A stretch of DNA of 64,000 nt, from NCBI GenBank assembly GCA_052390235.1, contig JBQTHB010000002.1:32001-96000 (forward strand), written 5' to 3'. Numbering within the stretch: position 1 is the stretch's first letter; each line of letters starts with the position of its first letter. Origin of the DNA: Deltaproteobacteria bacterium. Lineage in GTDB: Bacteria; Desulfobacterota_D; UBA1144; Nemesobacterales; CSP1-2. The position numbers and the translations under genes are program-made. The notes beneath the pieces were generated by a model that ran no database searches, was not told the origin of the DNA, and saw nothing but the letters and a program-made list of their open reading frames with translations. Positions 49,432 through 60,250 of this stretch are shown here, in pieces.

Positions 49432-50193
49432 TTATAAAGCCCCTATCGCCTGCATCTGCCGAGGGAGAAGTTCATAGGCGCTTTGAATGATTGAGAGGAC
49501 TTTATCCCTGCCGACGACCTCCTCAAGCGCGCGCAGTCCCTCCCCCGCGACGGGCGGGCGTTCCCTTCTGGAGTGTCCGTCAGAGGCAATCGCGTGAATC
49601 ACCCCCATCTGTGCGAGCTTCACGGCGCACTCAAACGCCTTCTCGCCGAAATATCCCGTAAAAGAGGACGCCGTAATTTGGGCTAAGCACCCGGACTCGA
49701 CAAAATCGAGAACCCTTTTCGGGTTTTTCTGAATCTCTTTGCTCCGCTCCGGGTGGGCGAGAATCGGCGTAATCCCTTCGGCTTGGAGGTGAAAGAGTAT
49801 CTGTTCAATCCCCAGCGGGAGCGACGTAAAGGGAATCTCCACGAGCAGATGCCGCCCTCCGGCGAGAGTTAGAATCCTCCCCGCCGCGGCGAGTCTCGAT
49901 AGGCTGTCGGTTATTGCCACCTCCATGCCGGCGTAAATCGTGAGCGGTATGTGGTTTTCCCTGAGCCTGTCGTTGAGTTCGCTGACCTTGCGCATTACCG
50001 TCTCCGCGCCCGGCTGCCAATTTGTTCCCTGAATCCAGTGCGGTGTTGCAATTATCGCCCGCGCGCCGCCCTCGACGGCGATTTTAGCCATCTCAAGGCT
50101 CTCGTCCCAGGTTTTGGGGCCATCGTCAATATCGGGGAGGATGTGGCAGTGAATATCCAAAATGTTTTCGTATCTGAAATCTCTGTCGGTCAT
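49432..50193 (-). CDS. PHP-type protein-tyrosine phosphatase (CpsB/CapC/YwqE)
   Basis: DIHCHILP..DDG; ATPH; AHPER; ASDGH. Confidence 0.9.
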   Translation of the reverse strand: MTDRDFRYENILDIHCHILPDIDDGPKTWDESLEMAKIAVEGGARAIIATPHWIQGTNWQPGAETVMRKVSELNDRLRENHIPLTIYAGMEVAITDSLSRLAAAGRILTLAGGRHLLVEIPFTSLPLGIEQILFHLQAEGITPILAHPERSKEIQKNPKRVLDFVESGCLAQITASSFTGYFGEKAFECAVKLAQMGVIHAIASDGHSRRERPPVAGEGLRALEEVVGRDKVLSIIQSAYELLPRQMQAIGAL

Positions 50194-50349
50194 AGAAATT
50201 AATTCTACTGCTCATCGTCGAGCTGTACAAATTACCCCCAAAATCCGCTAAAACGCCCATCTGTCTCCGTCATCGCTGGGAGCGATACCGAGGTTTGGCA
50301 AACTCGCTGTATTATTAATCTCAATAAATTTCATATTCGGGGCTTGCTC

Positions 50350-51822
50350 ATGGACATAGCTAAAATTATCAGGCGGTTTTCTCAGTTCAGAGTGTCTGTC
50401 GCCGGAGACCTGATGCTTGACCGCTACATCTGGGGCGCGGTGAACAGAATATCCCCGGAAGCCCCAGTGCCTGTGCTGGATGTCTCCTCGGAAAATACCC
50501 TCCCCGGCGGCGCGGCAAACGTCGCCCGCAATCTAAAATCCCTAGGCGCCGAGGTTAATCTCTTCGGCTCGGCAGGGGGAGATTCGGACGGCGCAAACCT
50601 CCTTCTGCTCCTCGCAAATTTCGGCGTTGGCGCGGACGGCGTAATTATCAATCCCGAAAAACCCACTACGACAAAAACGCGACTAATCGCCGAAAATCAG
50701 CAGATTACCCGAATTGACAGGGAAGATGTCTCGCCAATCTCCGAGGCCATGAAATCAAAAGTTATTGAGAAATTTGCCGTCTCGCTTGAGATAAATCCTC
50801 CCGACGCGCTGATAATCTCTGACTACAACAAAGGACTGTTCGCAGAAGACCTGCTTCGAGAAATTATCGCTCTCGCCCGCAAGCGGAAAATTTTAATCGC
50901 CGTTGACCCCAAGGGCGCGGATTTCTCCAAGTACCGGGGCGCGGACATTATCACGCCCAATCAAAAAGAGGCTGAGCAGGCCGTCGGATTTTCCATCGGC
51001 GATGAAAAAAGCGCGGGACTCGCCATAGACGCTCTCGCCCAGAGAGCCGGGGTAAAAACCGCTCTCATCACCAGAGGGAGGCTCGGAATAAGTTTCAGGG
51101 CTGATAGTGGGGCGATAACGACCGTGTCGTCCGAGGCGAGGGAGGTATTTGATGTAACCGGCGCGGGGGATACAGTCATAGCCGCGTTCACGCTCTCGTA
51201 TTTGGCATCGGGCGATTTGGAGACCTCGGTTCGGATTGCCAACCGCTCGGCGGGGATAGTCGTAGGGCGCGTCGGGGCGGCGACTGTAACCCAGGAGGAT
51301 TTGCTCCGTAATTTCCGAAATGACGGGAGCAGGCAGGCATCGAAAATTCTGCTGTGGGAGCATCTTGCGCAGTCGCTCTTGCCGCCCAGGGCAAAGGGGC
51401 AGAGGGTCGTATTCACAAACGGGTGCTTCGACCTCCTGCACGCGGGGCATCTGGAAATTCTAAAGCGGGCAAAAGCCCTAGGGGATGTTCTAGTTGTCGG
51501 CGTGAATTCAGATGCCTCGGTGCGCAGGCTCAAGGGCGATGCCCGCCCCATCGTCGGCGAGGCAGACAGAGCGGCGATGCTTGCCGCCCTAGAGTGCGTG
51601 GACTATGCCGTGATATTCCATGAAGACACCCCTATTAATCTCATCCGCGAAATCAAGCCGGATGTTCTGGTCAAAGGCGGGGATTACGCCGCCGAAAGCG
51701 TAGCCGGAGCGGATGAGATAAAAAGCTGGGGCGGCGAGATGGTCTTAGTTCCATTAATTGAGGGCGTGTCCACATCGGCGCTGATTGAGAGAATGAGGCG
51801 GCGGGGCGGCAGTCCGGATTAG
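50350..51822 (+). CDS. hldE: Bifunctional heptose-7-P kinase / heptose-1-P adenylyltransferase
   Basis: RISPEAPVPV; GGAANVA; DVTGAGDTV; FTNGCFDLLHAGH; KGGDY. Confidence 0.95.
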   Translation: MDIAKIIRRFSQFRVSVAGDLMLDRYIWGAVNRISPEAPVPVLDVSSENTLPGGAANVARNLKSLGAEVNLFGSAGGDSDGANLLLLLANFGVGADGVIINPEKPTTTKTRLIAENQQITRIDREDVSPISEAMKSKVIEKFAVSLEINPPDALIISDYNKGLFAEDLLREIIALARKRKILIAVDPKGADFSKYRGADIITPNQKEAEQAVGFSIGDEKSAGLAIDALAQRAGVKTALITRGRLGISFRADSGAITTVSSEAREVFDVTGAGDTVIAAFTLSYLASGDLETSVRIANRSAGIVVGRVGAATVTQEDLLRNFRNDGSRQASKILLWEHLAQSLLPPRAKGQRVVFTNGCFDLLHAGHLEILKRAKALGDVLVVGVNSDASVRRLKGDARPIVGEADRAAMLAALECVDYAVIFHEDTPINLIREIKPDVLVKGGDYAAESVAGADEIKSWGGEMVLVPLIEGVSTSALIERMRRRGGSPD

Positions 51823-51916
51823 AATGGCCAAATTGACGCCGGGGAGCGGCTCGAGCATAACCCCTCCCCTGTGCGAGCGCGATTCAGCAGGACAGCTCTG
51901 ATGGGGGATACGTCTC

Positions 51917-52225
51917 TCAGTCGGTTTCCTTCGGCTCTGACATTTCGGGACTCTTAGCCTTTGAAGCGCGGCTTCTTGCTTTCCTCCCCTCTTCGAGCTT
52001 GTCGAGCCGCTTCTCTACCGCTTTGAGGCGCTGATTCAGAGCGGCTAAATCCTTTTTTGTCGTAATATTGAGGCCCTTTATGGCTTTTTGAATGTTTTTA
52101 TCGAGAGAGCTTCTCGCCGAGCCAATCTGAGCCTCGATTTTCGTCTCTAGGGACTCAATCCATTTTCTATTGCCGATGAGATCCCCTATCGCTTTTTTTA
52201 TCTCTTCCTTGTCCATAGTATTCAC
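51917..52225 (-). CDS. Small coiled-coil protein (phasin-like)
   Basis: LNITTKKDLAALNQRLKAVEKRL; GGAGGTG RBS. Confidence 0.55.
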   Translation of the reverse strand: MNTMDKEEIKKAIGDLIGNRKWIESLETKIEAQIGSARSSLDKNIQKAIKGLNITTKKDLAALNQRLKAVEKRLDKLEEGRKARSRASKAKSPEMSEPKETD

Positions 52226-52246
52226 CTCCCCAATGAGATTTTACGG

Positions 52247-53002
52247 CTAATTGCAGAGTGAAGTTAAATAGCTCTTCGCGCTTATTCCAATTGTGGAAGC
52301 GGGAGAAATTTCGGCGACGCGCTTGAACGACGCGCAGGCGAGGGGGGCGTTCTTGAGCTTCAAATAGGCAATGCCCATGTTATAGTGCGCCTCGTCATAG
52401 ACATCATACCCCTCAATTGCTATGCGGAACTCATCGAGGGCTTCCTCCTCGCGTCCGGCCGCCATGTAGAGCTTTCCCAGTTCGTTGTGCGTATAAACTA
52501 GGGCGGGGTTGATTTCGAGCGACTGCCTGAAGTATCCGAGCGCTTTATCGTTCTGCCCTTTTCTTACATAGGCTACTCCCAGGCTCGTGAGCGCTTTGTC
52601 TCTCGATGGATAGACCGCATCCGCCGCCGCTCTGCCGCACTCTCTTATCGCTTCGTCCGCTTTATCGAGCGTGAGATATAAACCGCAGAGGTTATAGCGC
52701 GCCTCCGAGTAGTCGGGTTTTAGCTCAAGCGCCCTGTAGTAGGACGCCTCGGTTTCCTTGTAATCCTTCAGGGCAAAATAGATGAGCCCTCTGATTAATT
52801 GGACTTCGGCGTCGCTCCGGTCAATGGCTTCGGCGGCTTTGATGTCTTCAATCGCCTGTCTGAAGTTTTTTCTGTAGAGCGAGGCTATGGCAAGGGATTT
52901 TTGATCCCCTAGGGACTCGCCTTCTCGGCTCTTTTCCCCTGTCTTCCATCCGCAGGAAGCCAGAGCGAGACAGATTGTAAAAAGCAGGAGTAATTTTTTC
53001 AT
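52247..53002 (-). CDS. TPR lipoprotein (PilF/PilW/Tgl-like)
   Basis: Lipobox LALASC; multiple TPR repeats. Confidence 0.75.
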   Translation of the reverse strand: MKKLLLLFTICLALASCGWKTGEKSREGESLGDQKSLAIASLYRKNFRQAIEDIKAAEAIDRSDAEVQLIRGLIYFALKDYKETEASYYRALELKPDYSEARYNLCGLYLTLDKADEAIRECGRAAADAVYPSRDKALTSLGVAYVRKGQNDKALGYFRQSLEINPALVYTHNELGKLYMAAGREEEALDEFRIAIEGYDVYDEAHYNMGIAYLKLKNAPLACASFKRVAEISPASTIGISAKSYLTSLCN

Positions 53003-53003
53003 C

Positions 53004-53909
53004 TCAATCCAGATTAGAGAGCCTCACTACTCTATCAAACCTCGCCTCAAGCTCGGCTCTCGTCATTTTAGCGAGCCTGCCTAGGCTGAAATCCTCAACG
53101 GTAAACGACGCCGCAACGCCTCCATAAACCACTGCGCGCTTGAAATCGCCGATGCCGGGCTTCCTCCCCAGCGACGCCAGATACCCCATAAAACTCCCGG
53201 CGAAGGTGTCTCCCGCGCCCGTCGGGTCAATCACCTCTTCAAGCGGGTAGCTCGGAGACCAGAACATCCCCTCCTCGGAGAACATGAGCGCCCCGTATTC
53301 GCCTCGCTTTACAATCAGTGTGGAGGGTCCCATCTGAAGTAGCCTCTTCGCCGCTTTTATAATCTTCGGCTCATTTGCTAAGTATCTCGTCTCGGAGTCG
53401 TTGATGATTAAAACATCAACGTGCCTGAGTACCTCTTTGAGGTCGTCTGGTTTGTTCTGTATCCAGAAATTCATCGTATCGCAGGCGACGAGCTTTGGGC
53501 TTTTCGCCTGCTTGAGGACATTTAGCTGGAGCTTGGGGTCAATGTTGGCGAGGAAGACAAAATCGGCGTCCCTGTAGTCTTCTGGGAGCGATGGACTAAA
53601 TTTCTCGAACACGTTGAGGTGAGTGGCTAGGGTTTTCGGGTCGGCGAGGTCAGAGCCGTATCTGCCGTGCCACCTAAAGGTCTGCCCCGGCGCTGTTGTA
53701 ACCCCCGACAGGTCAATCCCCCGCGCCCTGAATATTTGCAGGTGTTCCTTGGGAAAATCCTCCCCTACGACGGCGACAATTTTTACCTGTGTGAAAACAC
53801 TTGCGGCAACGGAAAAATAGGACGCTGAGCCGCCCAAAATATCGCGGGCTTCCCCGAACGGGGTCTCGATGGTGTCGAGAGCCATAGAGCCTACTACCAA
53901 TAAACTCAT
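53004..53909 (-). CDS. PfkB-family sugar/nucleoside kinase
   Basis: GGSASY; KRGEYGA; DPTGAGDTFAG. Confidence 0.9.
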   Translation of the reverse strand: MSLLVVGSMALDTIETPFGEARDILGGSASYFSVAASVFTQVKIVAVVGEDFPKEHLQIFRARGIDLSGVTTAPGQTFRWHGRYGSDLADPKTLATHLNVFEKFSPSLPEDYRDADFVFLANIDPKLQLNVLKQAKSPKLVACDTMNFWIQNKPDDLKEVLRHVDVLIINDSETRYLANEPKIIKAAKRLLQMGPSTLIVKRGEYGALMFSEEGMFWSPSYPLEEVIDPTGAGDTFAGSFMGYLASLGRKPGIGDFKRAVVYGGVAASFTVEDFSLGRLAKMTRAELEARFDRVVRLSNLD

Positions 53910-54767
53910 CTAAACGTACCTCTCAATTAGTATATTTAATTTCTCTTTGACTTCATCCGAAATTGCGTCCCTTGGGGTGATTATCGCCGTCCCTAGCGCG
54001 CCCTCGCACGGACACGCCCTCTCGCCGTCCGGTATGAGCGAGACTGCTTTTTTTATTACCCCTCTGGCGAGTTCCACATTTTTCATAAGCGTCGCTATAA
54101 CGTCCTCGACTGTAACATCGGCGAGTCCCTCATGCCAGCAGTCGTAATCCGTCGAGAGGGCGAGAGTGGCGTAGCAGATTTCAGCCTCGCGGGCGAGTTT
54201 CGCCTCGGGCATATTGGTCATCCCGATAACGTCCACTCCCCATTTGCGGTATATATTGCTCTCCCCACGGGACGAGAACTGAGGCCCTTCCATGCACAGG
54301 TAGAGTCCGCCCTTGTGGACCATCGCCCCGGAATCCACAGAAGCCCTGTACAGGCAGTCCGAAAGAGCGGCGCACACGGGGTCTGCCATTGAAACGTGAG
54401 CGACTATCCCATCGCCGAAGAAAGTGGATTTACGCCCCTTTGTGTGGTCGAAGAATTGGTCTGGAATGACTATATGCCCCGGCGCGATTTCCTCCCTCAT
54501 GCTCCCTACGGCGCTTACCGAGATGATCCAGTCTGCCCCCAATTTCTTCATCCCATAGATGTTAGCCCGAAAATTGATTTCCGATGGCATTATTCGATGC
54601 CCCCTGCCGTGGCGAGGGAGGAATATCATCCTAGCCCCGCCGAGCGTGCCGGTGATGAATTCGTCTGACGGCGCGCCCCAAGGGGTGTCAACCTTAACGG
54701 AGCGGACGTCGGCAAGCCCTTGTATTTCGTATAGCCCGCTTCCGCCGATAACTCCGATGGTTTTCAT
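53910..54767 (-). CDS. mtnP: S-methyl-5'-thioadenosine phosphorylase
   Basis: IGGSGLY; PRHGRGH; EGPQFS; GMTNMPEAKLAREAE; TDYDCW. Confidence 0.93.
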   Translation of the reverse strand: MKTIGVIGGSGLYEIQGLADVRSVKVDTPWGAPSDEFITGTLGGARMIFLPRHGRGHRIMPSEINFRANIYGMKKLGADWIISVSAVGSMREEIAPGHIVIPDQFFDHTKGRKSTFFGDGIVAHVSMADPVCAALSDCLYRASVDSGAMVHKGGLYLCMEGPQFSSRGESNIYRKWGVDVIGMTNMPEAKLAREAEICYATLALSTDYDCWHEGLADVTVEDVIATLMKNVELARGVIKKAVSLIPDGERACPCEGALGTAIITPRDAISDEVKEKLNILIERYV

Positions 54768-54799
54768 AGACCCCCCGCCTGCGCTGTGGATTTCATCTT

Positions 54800-54828
54800 A
54801 AGCTAACATTCATTCAAATTGCGGTCAA
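54800..54828 (-). promoter_or_regulatory. Putative sigma70 promoter of the mtnP operon
   Basis: Minus strand TTGACC-17 bp-TAGCTT. Confidence 0.4.
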
Positions 54829-54984
54829 GCGGAGTTCCCGTTTAATCTCGCCAATATCGCTCTGTATCGGGGGGGGGGATTTAAGCTCATTAGCTGATGG
54901 GAGCCGGGCAGTACGCCGCGAGATTCCTCTAATGCCCATTTCGAGATGGGAGCCTCATCGCGGGCTATGAATCTTATGTTAGGC

Positions 54985-55611
54985 TCATCCAAGGAGCAGA
55001 TTCAGCGAGAACCGCAGGTTCGAGTACTTTCTGATGGCGAAATTATCCCAAAAAACGCACGTGCCAAGGAGGATAAACTTCCCGGCTCCGAAGGGGGTTT
55101 CGGCGGCTATTAATGTGCCGGATTCGGTGGAGACTAGCGGTTTTCCGCCCTCGGATGAGACTTTCACCGAGCCTGCGCAGGGGAAAAGCGCCCTCTCAAC
55201 CCCTTCGCTGAAGGAGAGAATTCGGGAGGTTACGGGCAGGAGGTCGTCTCCCTGGTCATTTGCATTTTTATCGCGCACTTTGTCCCCAAGCAGAGAAAGC
55301 CCGAAATGCTCGGCTAGGGTGTTGATGCGGTCGGCGATTCTGTCTTCGTTGTTGTAGTATCCGGCGATGATGACCTTTCCGCCCGCTTCGGCGTATTTTT
55401 TTACGAGCTTGACCTCGGTTTTATTGAACGGCTCTTCGGGGTAATTCAGCACGAGAACGTCAAATCCGCCGGCGTCTTTGATGGATGTGATTTCGGCGAC
55501 GGACGCTCCGGCTTCCTTAATTTGGGATTTGAGAGTAGAGAAATAGTAGTGGTCTTCTATCGTGAATTCGAGATGAGAAATATCCCATGCGATTTTTATC
55601 TTCTTAGCCAT
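54985..55611 (-). CDS. Hypothetical protein, possibly class I glutamine amidotransferase-like fold
   Basis: WDISHLE; DVLVLNYPE; GGKVIIAG; GAGKFILLG. Confidence 0.55.
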   Translation of the reverse strand: MAKKIKIAWDISHLEFTIEDHYYFSTLKSQIKEAGASVAEITSIKDAGGFDVLVLNYPEEPFNKTEVKLVKKYAEAGGKVIIAGYYNNEDRIADRINTLAEHFGLSLLGDKVRDKNANDQGDDLLPVTSRILSFSEGVERALFPCAGSVKVSSEGGKPLVSTESGTLIAAETPFGAGKFILLGTCVFWDNFAIRKYSNLRFSLNLLLG

Positions 55612-55874
55612 TGCCGCTCCAGCGAGGTGATTTCTGAGGCGATGATTCTAACATCCCACCCGAAGAGCGCAATATCTCGCGCAAGTAGCCACTGCATTGA
55701 GGGGCGTTATTTGGGATAAATGAGCTAGGGGATTGAGCGGCGGGGGGTTGCTTCCTAACACTTCGCCTATCGAAGGGCTTGACGCTCGCCCGCTCTCTCT
55801 TTAATCGAGGCATCGAACTTTTACTCTGAAAACCTCGAGCTTTGAGCGCGGCGCCTCCGGTTATCGCTCTATAC

Positions 55875-57179
55875 TCAGTTACCGATGCCTACGCCGAAGT
55901 ATTTAAATCCGAGGGTTTTGAGCTTTTTCGGGTCGTAGAGGTTTCTGCCGTCGAAAATCACGGGAGATGCCATGACCTCTTTCATCTTATCGAAGTCGGG
56001 CTGTCGGTACTCGCTCCATTCCGTGTGAATCAGGAGCGCCTCCGCCCCTTGGCATACGTCGTAGTTTGATGCGGCGAATTTTATCCTGCCGCCGAGCAGC
56101 TCTGCCGCTTTGGGCATGGCGATGGGGTCGTGCGCTATGACCTCGGCTCCGGCCTCAATGAGTCTATCAATTACGTAGAGCGAGGGGGCTTCTCTGAGGT
56201 CGTCGGTGTTGGGCTTGAAGGATAGTCCCCAAACGCCAAATTTTCTGCCTCGCAGGTCACCGCTGAAATATTGCCTTATCTTATCCCAAAAACGCTCCCT
56301 CTGATGGGAATTTACGCTGTCAGTCGCCTCGGATACCTTCAGCGCATAGCCCAAATCGCGGGCGGTCTTAATCAGCGCTTTGACGTCTTTCGGGAAGCAC
56401 GACCCCCCGTAGCCGACGCCAGGATAGAGAAACGCCCTGCCGATTCTGCCATCCGCCCCGACTATCCCCCTCACCTCGGATACGTCCGCCCCGATAAGTT
56501 CGCACAGATTGGCAATTTCGTTCATGAATGAGATTCTCGTGGCGAGCATGGCATTTGCGGTATATTTGGCAAGCTCCGAAGACCTGATGGATACAACCAT
56601 CGCCCTATCGGCTGAGCGCATGAAGGGGGCGTAAAGCTCCTTTAGCACGGCTCCGACTGATGCTTTGTCCACGCCTATTACGACACGCTCAGGCTTCATA
56701 AAATCCTCTACCGCCGAGCCTTCTTTGAGGAACTCCGGGTTAGAGGCGACATCAAACTCCGCGCCGGAAACCTCTTTTATAGCGGCGTGAATCCTCTCGG
56801 TCGTCCCGACTGGCACGGTGCTTTTCGTAACCACAATCTTGTAGCTCTTTAAGGATTTCCCTATCGAGCGCGCCGCCGAGAGAACCGCACCCACGTCCGC
56901 CGAGCCGTCGCTCTGGGGGGGAGTGCCAACGGCGATAAAAACGACAAAAGACTTTTCAATCGCTTCGGCGAGGTTTGTGGTGAACTGAATACGCCCTTCC
57001 TTGAAATTCTTATGCACCAACTCCTCAAGCCCCGGCTCGTAAAAGGGGACGACTCCCGCCTCGAGATTCTGGATTTTGCTCTCGTCAACATCAACGCAGA
57101 TTACGTTATTTCCGCTTCCGGCAAAGCACGCTCCGGTTACAAGCCCAACATATCCGCTCCCGATAATGGCGATATTCAT
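55875..57179 (-). CDS. ugd: UDP-glucose 6-dehydrogenase
   Basis: IGSGYVGL; KSTVPVGT; SNPEFLKEG; GYGGSCFPKD; FKPNTDD. Confidence 0.95.
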   Translation of the reverse strand: MNIAIIGSGYVGLVTGACFAGSGNNVICVDVDESKIQNLEAGVVPFYEPGLEELVHKNFKEGRIQFTTNLAEAIEKSFVVFIAVGTPPQSDGSADVGAVLSAARSIGKSLKSYKIVVTKSTVPVGTTERIHAAIKEVSGAEFDVASNPEFLKEGSAVEDFMKPERVVIGVDKASVGAVLKELYAPFMRSADRAMVVSIRSSELAKYTANAMLATRISFMNEIANLCELIGADVSEVRGIVGADGRIGRAFLYPGVGYGGSCFPKDVKALIKTARDLGYALKVSEATDSVNSHQRERFWDKIRQYFSGDLRGRKFGVWGLSFKPNTDDLREAPSLYVIDRLIEAGAEVIAHDPIAMPKAAELLGGRIKFAASNYDVCQGAEALLIHTEWSEYRQPDFDKMKEVMASPVIFDGRNLYDPKKLKTLGFKYFGVGIGN

Positions 57180-57317
57180 TCGACGCTCTCCTTAGTGAAT
57201 TTTCGTTTTTTTTCCTGTGGAAATTGGCAGAGGAATCTACGGTCAACTGAGATAATAATCCTCCGGTTCGGCTTTTTGTCAACCTCTGCCGCTATCGGGC
57301 GGTATGCGGGGAATTCT

Positions 57318-59942
57318 CTAATTCAGCAGGCTCGCCGCTCCTGCGCGCCGGACTCTCATCTTTGAATCGCCCGTGAACGTGAACTCTCCATTTATATCTG
57401 CGTCCACGATAATCTTAGCGCCATCCTTAAATATTCCCTTCAGAATTTCCACGGCAAGCGGGTTTTCGATGAGCCTCTGTATGGTGCGTTTGAGCGGCCT
57501 AGCCCCATAGACGGCGTCGTACCCCCTCTCGGTGAGCGACTCCTTGGCTTCTTCCGTTATTTCCAGCTCGATTTTCCTCTCGGCAAGCCTCTGCCTGAGA
57601 TAATTTAGCTGGATGTCGGCAATCGCTTTTATCTGGCTTCTGCCGAGCGGGCGGAATATTATCGTCTCGTCCACGCGGTTTAGGAACTCAGGCCTGAACG
57701 ACGCCCTCATCACCTCCATAACCCTTTGGCGCATCAGCCCCTCATCCCCCATAAGCTCTTGAATGTACTGGCTTGCGAGGTTCGATGTCATGATAATTAT
57801 CACGTTTCTAAAATCAACCGTGCGCCCCTGCCCGTCGGTAAGCCTGCCGTCGTCGAGAATTTGAAGCAGGAGGTTGAACACATCTGCGTGCGCTTTTTCA
57901 ATCTCATCAAATAGGATTACTGAATAAGGGCGGCGTCTTACGGCTTCGGTGAGCTGTCCCCCCTCGTCGTAGCCCACGTATCCGGGCGGGGCGCCTATGA
58001 GCCTCGATACGGCGTGTTTTTCCATGTACTCGCTCATATCAATCCGCACCATCGCCCCTTCGTCGTCAAACATGAACTCGGCTAAGGCTCTGGCAAGCTC
58101 AGTTTTCCCGACCCCCGTAGGCCCCAAAAATATGAACGAGCCTATCGGGCGTTTCGGGTCTGCGAGTCCCGCGCCTGAGCGTCTGAGGGCGTTCGACACC
58201 GCCCCTATAGCCTCTTGCTGCCCCACGACGCGGCGGGCGAGCCTCGCCTCCATCTGTATCAGCTTCTCTATCTCTCCCTCCATGAGCCTGGAGACGGGAA
58301 TCCCCGTCCACTTGGATGTGATTTCGGCTATATCCTCGGAGTCAACCTCTTCTTTGAGCATTTTCCTCGTGCTTTGAATCTCGGCAAGGGCTCTGCCGAG
58401 GTCGTCGAGTTCTCTGTTCAGTAGCGGGAGTTTTCCGTATAGAATCTCTGACGCTTTTGAGAGGTCGGACTGCCTTTGCGCCCTCTCAGCCTCGATTTTC
58501 ACTTGGTCAATTTCCTGCTTGACGCGCCGAATCTCGCGGATTTGCTCCTTCTCCCTCTGCCAGTGGGTTTTGAGTCCCATCAGTTCCTCTTCGAGATTTG
58601 CGATTTGCCTCTCGATTTGGGCGAGTTTGTCTCTTGAGGCGTCTTCTTTTTTGAGGGCTTCGCGCTCGATTTCAAGTTGCATCCGGCGGCGCTCTTTCTC
58701 GTCAATCTCGACGGGCATGGAGTCAATTTCCATCCTCAGGCGCGCGGCGGCTTCATCAATTAAATCCACCGCTTTATCTGGCATAAATCTCGCCGTGATG
58801 TATCTATTTGACAGAGTTGTGGCGGCGATGAGGGCTTCGTCCTTAATTTTGACCCCGTGATGCACCTCGTATTTCTCCTTAAGCCCGCGCAGGATTGAAA
58901 TCGTATCCTCGACTGATGGCTCTCCCACAAACACCTGCTGGAATCTCCGCTCAAGGGCGGCATCTTTTTCGATGTATTTTCTGAATTCATCCAGAGTCGT
59001 TGCCCCGACGCAGTGAAGCTCCCCGCGCGCAAGGGCGGGTTTTAGCATATTGGATGCGTCCATCGCCCCCTCTGCCCCTCCGGCGCCCACAACAGTGTGA
59101 ATTTCATCAATGAACAGAATTACCTCCCCTTGAAAGGCCGTAATCTCTTTCAGCACGGCTTTGAGGCGCTCCTCGAACTGCCCCCTGTACTTCGCCCCGG
59201 CTATGAGCGCGCCCAAATCAAGGGCAATGAGGCGTTTGTTTTTGAGTCCTTCGGGAACGTCGCCGTTTACGATGCGCTGGGCCAGTCCCTCGGCGATTGC
59301 CGTTTTACCGACCCCAGGCTCGCCGATGAGAACGGGATTGTTCTTAGTTCTTCGGGATATGACCTGAATCACGCGCCTGATTTCGTCGTCTCTGCCGATG
59401 ACGGGGTCTAGTTTTCCTTGGCGGGCAAGCTCGGTGAAGTCTCTGCCGTACTGTTTTAGGGCTTGGAAGGTGTCCTCAGGGGTTTGGCTTGCGACTCTCT
59501 GACCCCCGCGCGCATCGGACAGCGCTCGCAGAACCGCGTCTCTGCCCACGCCTGCGCGCCGGAGCTCGTTTTTTATCTCGCCCCCCGCGTTTTGAATCAA
59601 CCCCAGAAGCAGATGCTCCGTGCTTACGTACTCATCCCCAAGGGATTTTGCCTCCTGCTCGGCGGCGCTGAGGGCTTGGCTGAGTTCCCGGCTGAGATAT
59701 AATTTATCGCTCCCTCCGCCCTCAACCTTCGGCAGAAATCGGATTTCTCTTTGAGACATCTCTCTTAGGATTTGAGGGCTTGCCCCGATTTTTTTTATTA
59801 TCTCCGATGCCACCCCCTCTTCGACGAGCAGGGCGAGGAGCGCGTGTGGAATATCCACGAGCTGATTGCGCTCTCTCTGCGCCGTAGCCTGAGCTGTCTG
59901 CAGGGCTTCCTGCGCCTTAATTGTGAGTTTGTCGAGTTTCAT
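57318..59942 (-). CDS. clpB: ATP-dependent chaperone ClpB
   Basis: GEPGVGKT and GPTGVGKT Walker A motifs; coiled-coil middle domain; GAPPGYVGY; start MKLDKLT at 59942. Confidence 0.96.
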   Translation of the reverse strand: MKLDKLTIKAQEALQTAQATAQRERNQLVDIPHALLALLVEEGVASEIIKKIGASPQILREMSQREIRFLPKVEGGGSDKLYLSRELSQALSAAEQEAKSLGDEYVSTEHLLLGLIQNAGGEIKNELRRAGVGRDAVLRALSDARGGQRVASQTPEDTFQALKQYGRDFTELARQGKLDPVIGRDDEIRRVIQVISRRTKNNPVLIGEPGVGKTAIAEGLAQRIVNGDVPEGLKNKRLIALDLGALIAGAKYRGQFEERLKAVLKEITAFQGEVILFIDEIHTVVGAGGAEGAMDASNMLKPALARGELHCVGATTLDEFRKYIEKDAALERRFQQVFVGEPSVEDTISILRGLKEKYEVHHGVKIKDEALIAATTLSNRYITARFMPDKAVDLIDEAAARLRMEIDSMPVEIDEKERRRMQLEIEREALKKEDASRDKLAQIERQIANLEEELMGLKTHWQREKEQIREIRRVKQEIDQVKIEAERAQRQSDLSKASEILYGKLPLLNRELDDLGRALAEIQSTRKMLKEEVDSEDIAEITSKWTGIPVSRLMEGEIEKLIQMEARLARRVVGQQEAIGAVSNALRRSGAGLADPKRPIGSFIFLGPTGVGKTELARALAEFMFDDEGAMVRIDMSEYMEKHAVSRLIGAPPGYVGYDEGGQLTEAVRRRPYSVILFDEIEKAHADVFNLLLQILDDGRLTDGQGRTVDFRNVIIIMTSNLASQYIQELMGDEGLMRQRVMEVMRASFRPEFLNRVDETIIFRPLGRSQIKAIADIQLNYLRQRLAERKIELEITEEAKESLTERGYDAVYGARPLKRTIQRLIENPLAVEILKGIFKDGAKIIVDADINGEFTFTGDSKMRVRRAGAASLLN

Positions 59943-60250
59943 TTTATCTCTCCCGCGGTAATGTCTATTCGTTACATAAAATATTGCCTCGCCGGCAGAA
60001 TTCAAGCCGAACCCAAGTTATGCCTCTGCGCTTTGAAATTATCATTGCAACTGTGAATGACGCACTTGACAAAGGTCCGATTTCAATATTAAATCTCCCC
60101 GGGCGAGTTGCACTGACTTCTTCGATAATTCGCCGATTCGGCGCGGGCTAATGCTAGTATAGACCATGCTTCTTGGCGCAAACAATCCCAGCTTGCCCAA
60201 TGGGTCTCATCTGTCAATCAAATCGCGAGACAACTTTCGGAGGGCGCATT

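Noticed and set aside
54869..54878. G10 homopolymer as a phase-variation tract
   Set aside because: Intergenic and about 40 bp upstream of the putative -35 box, so no evident effect on frame or promoter spacing.
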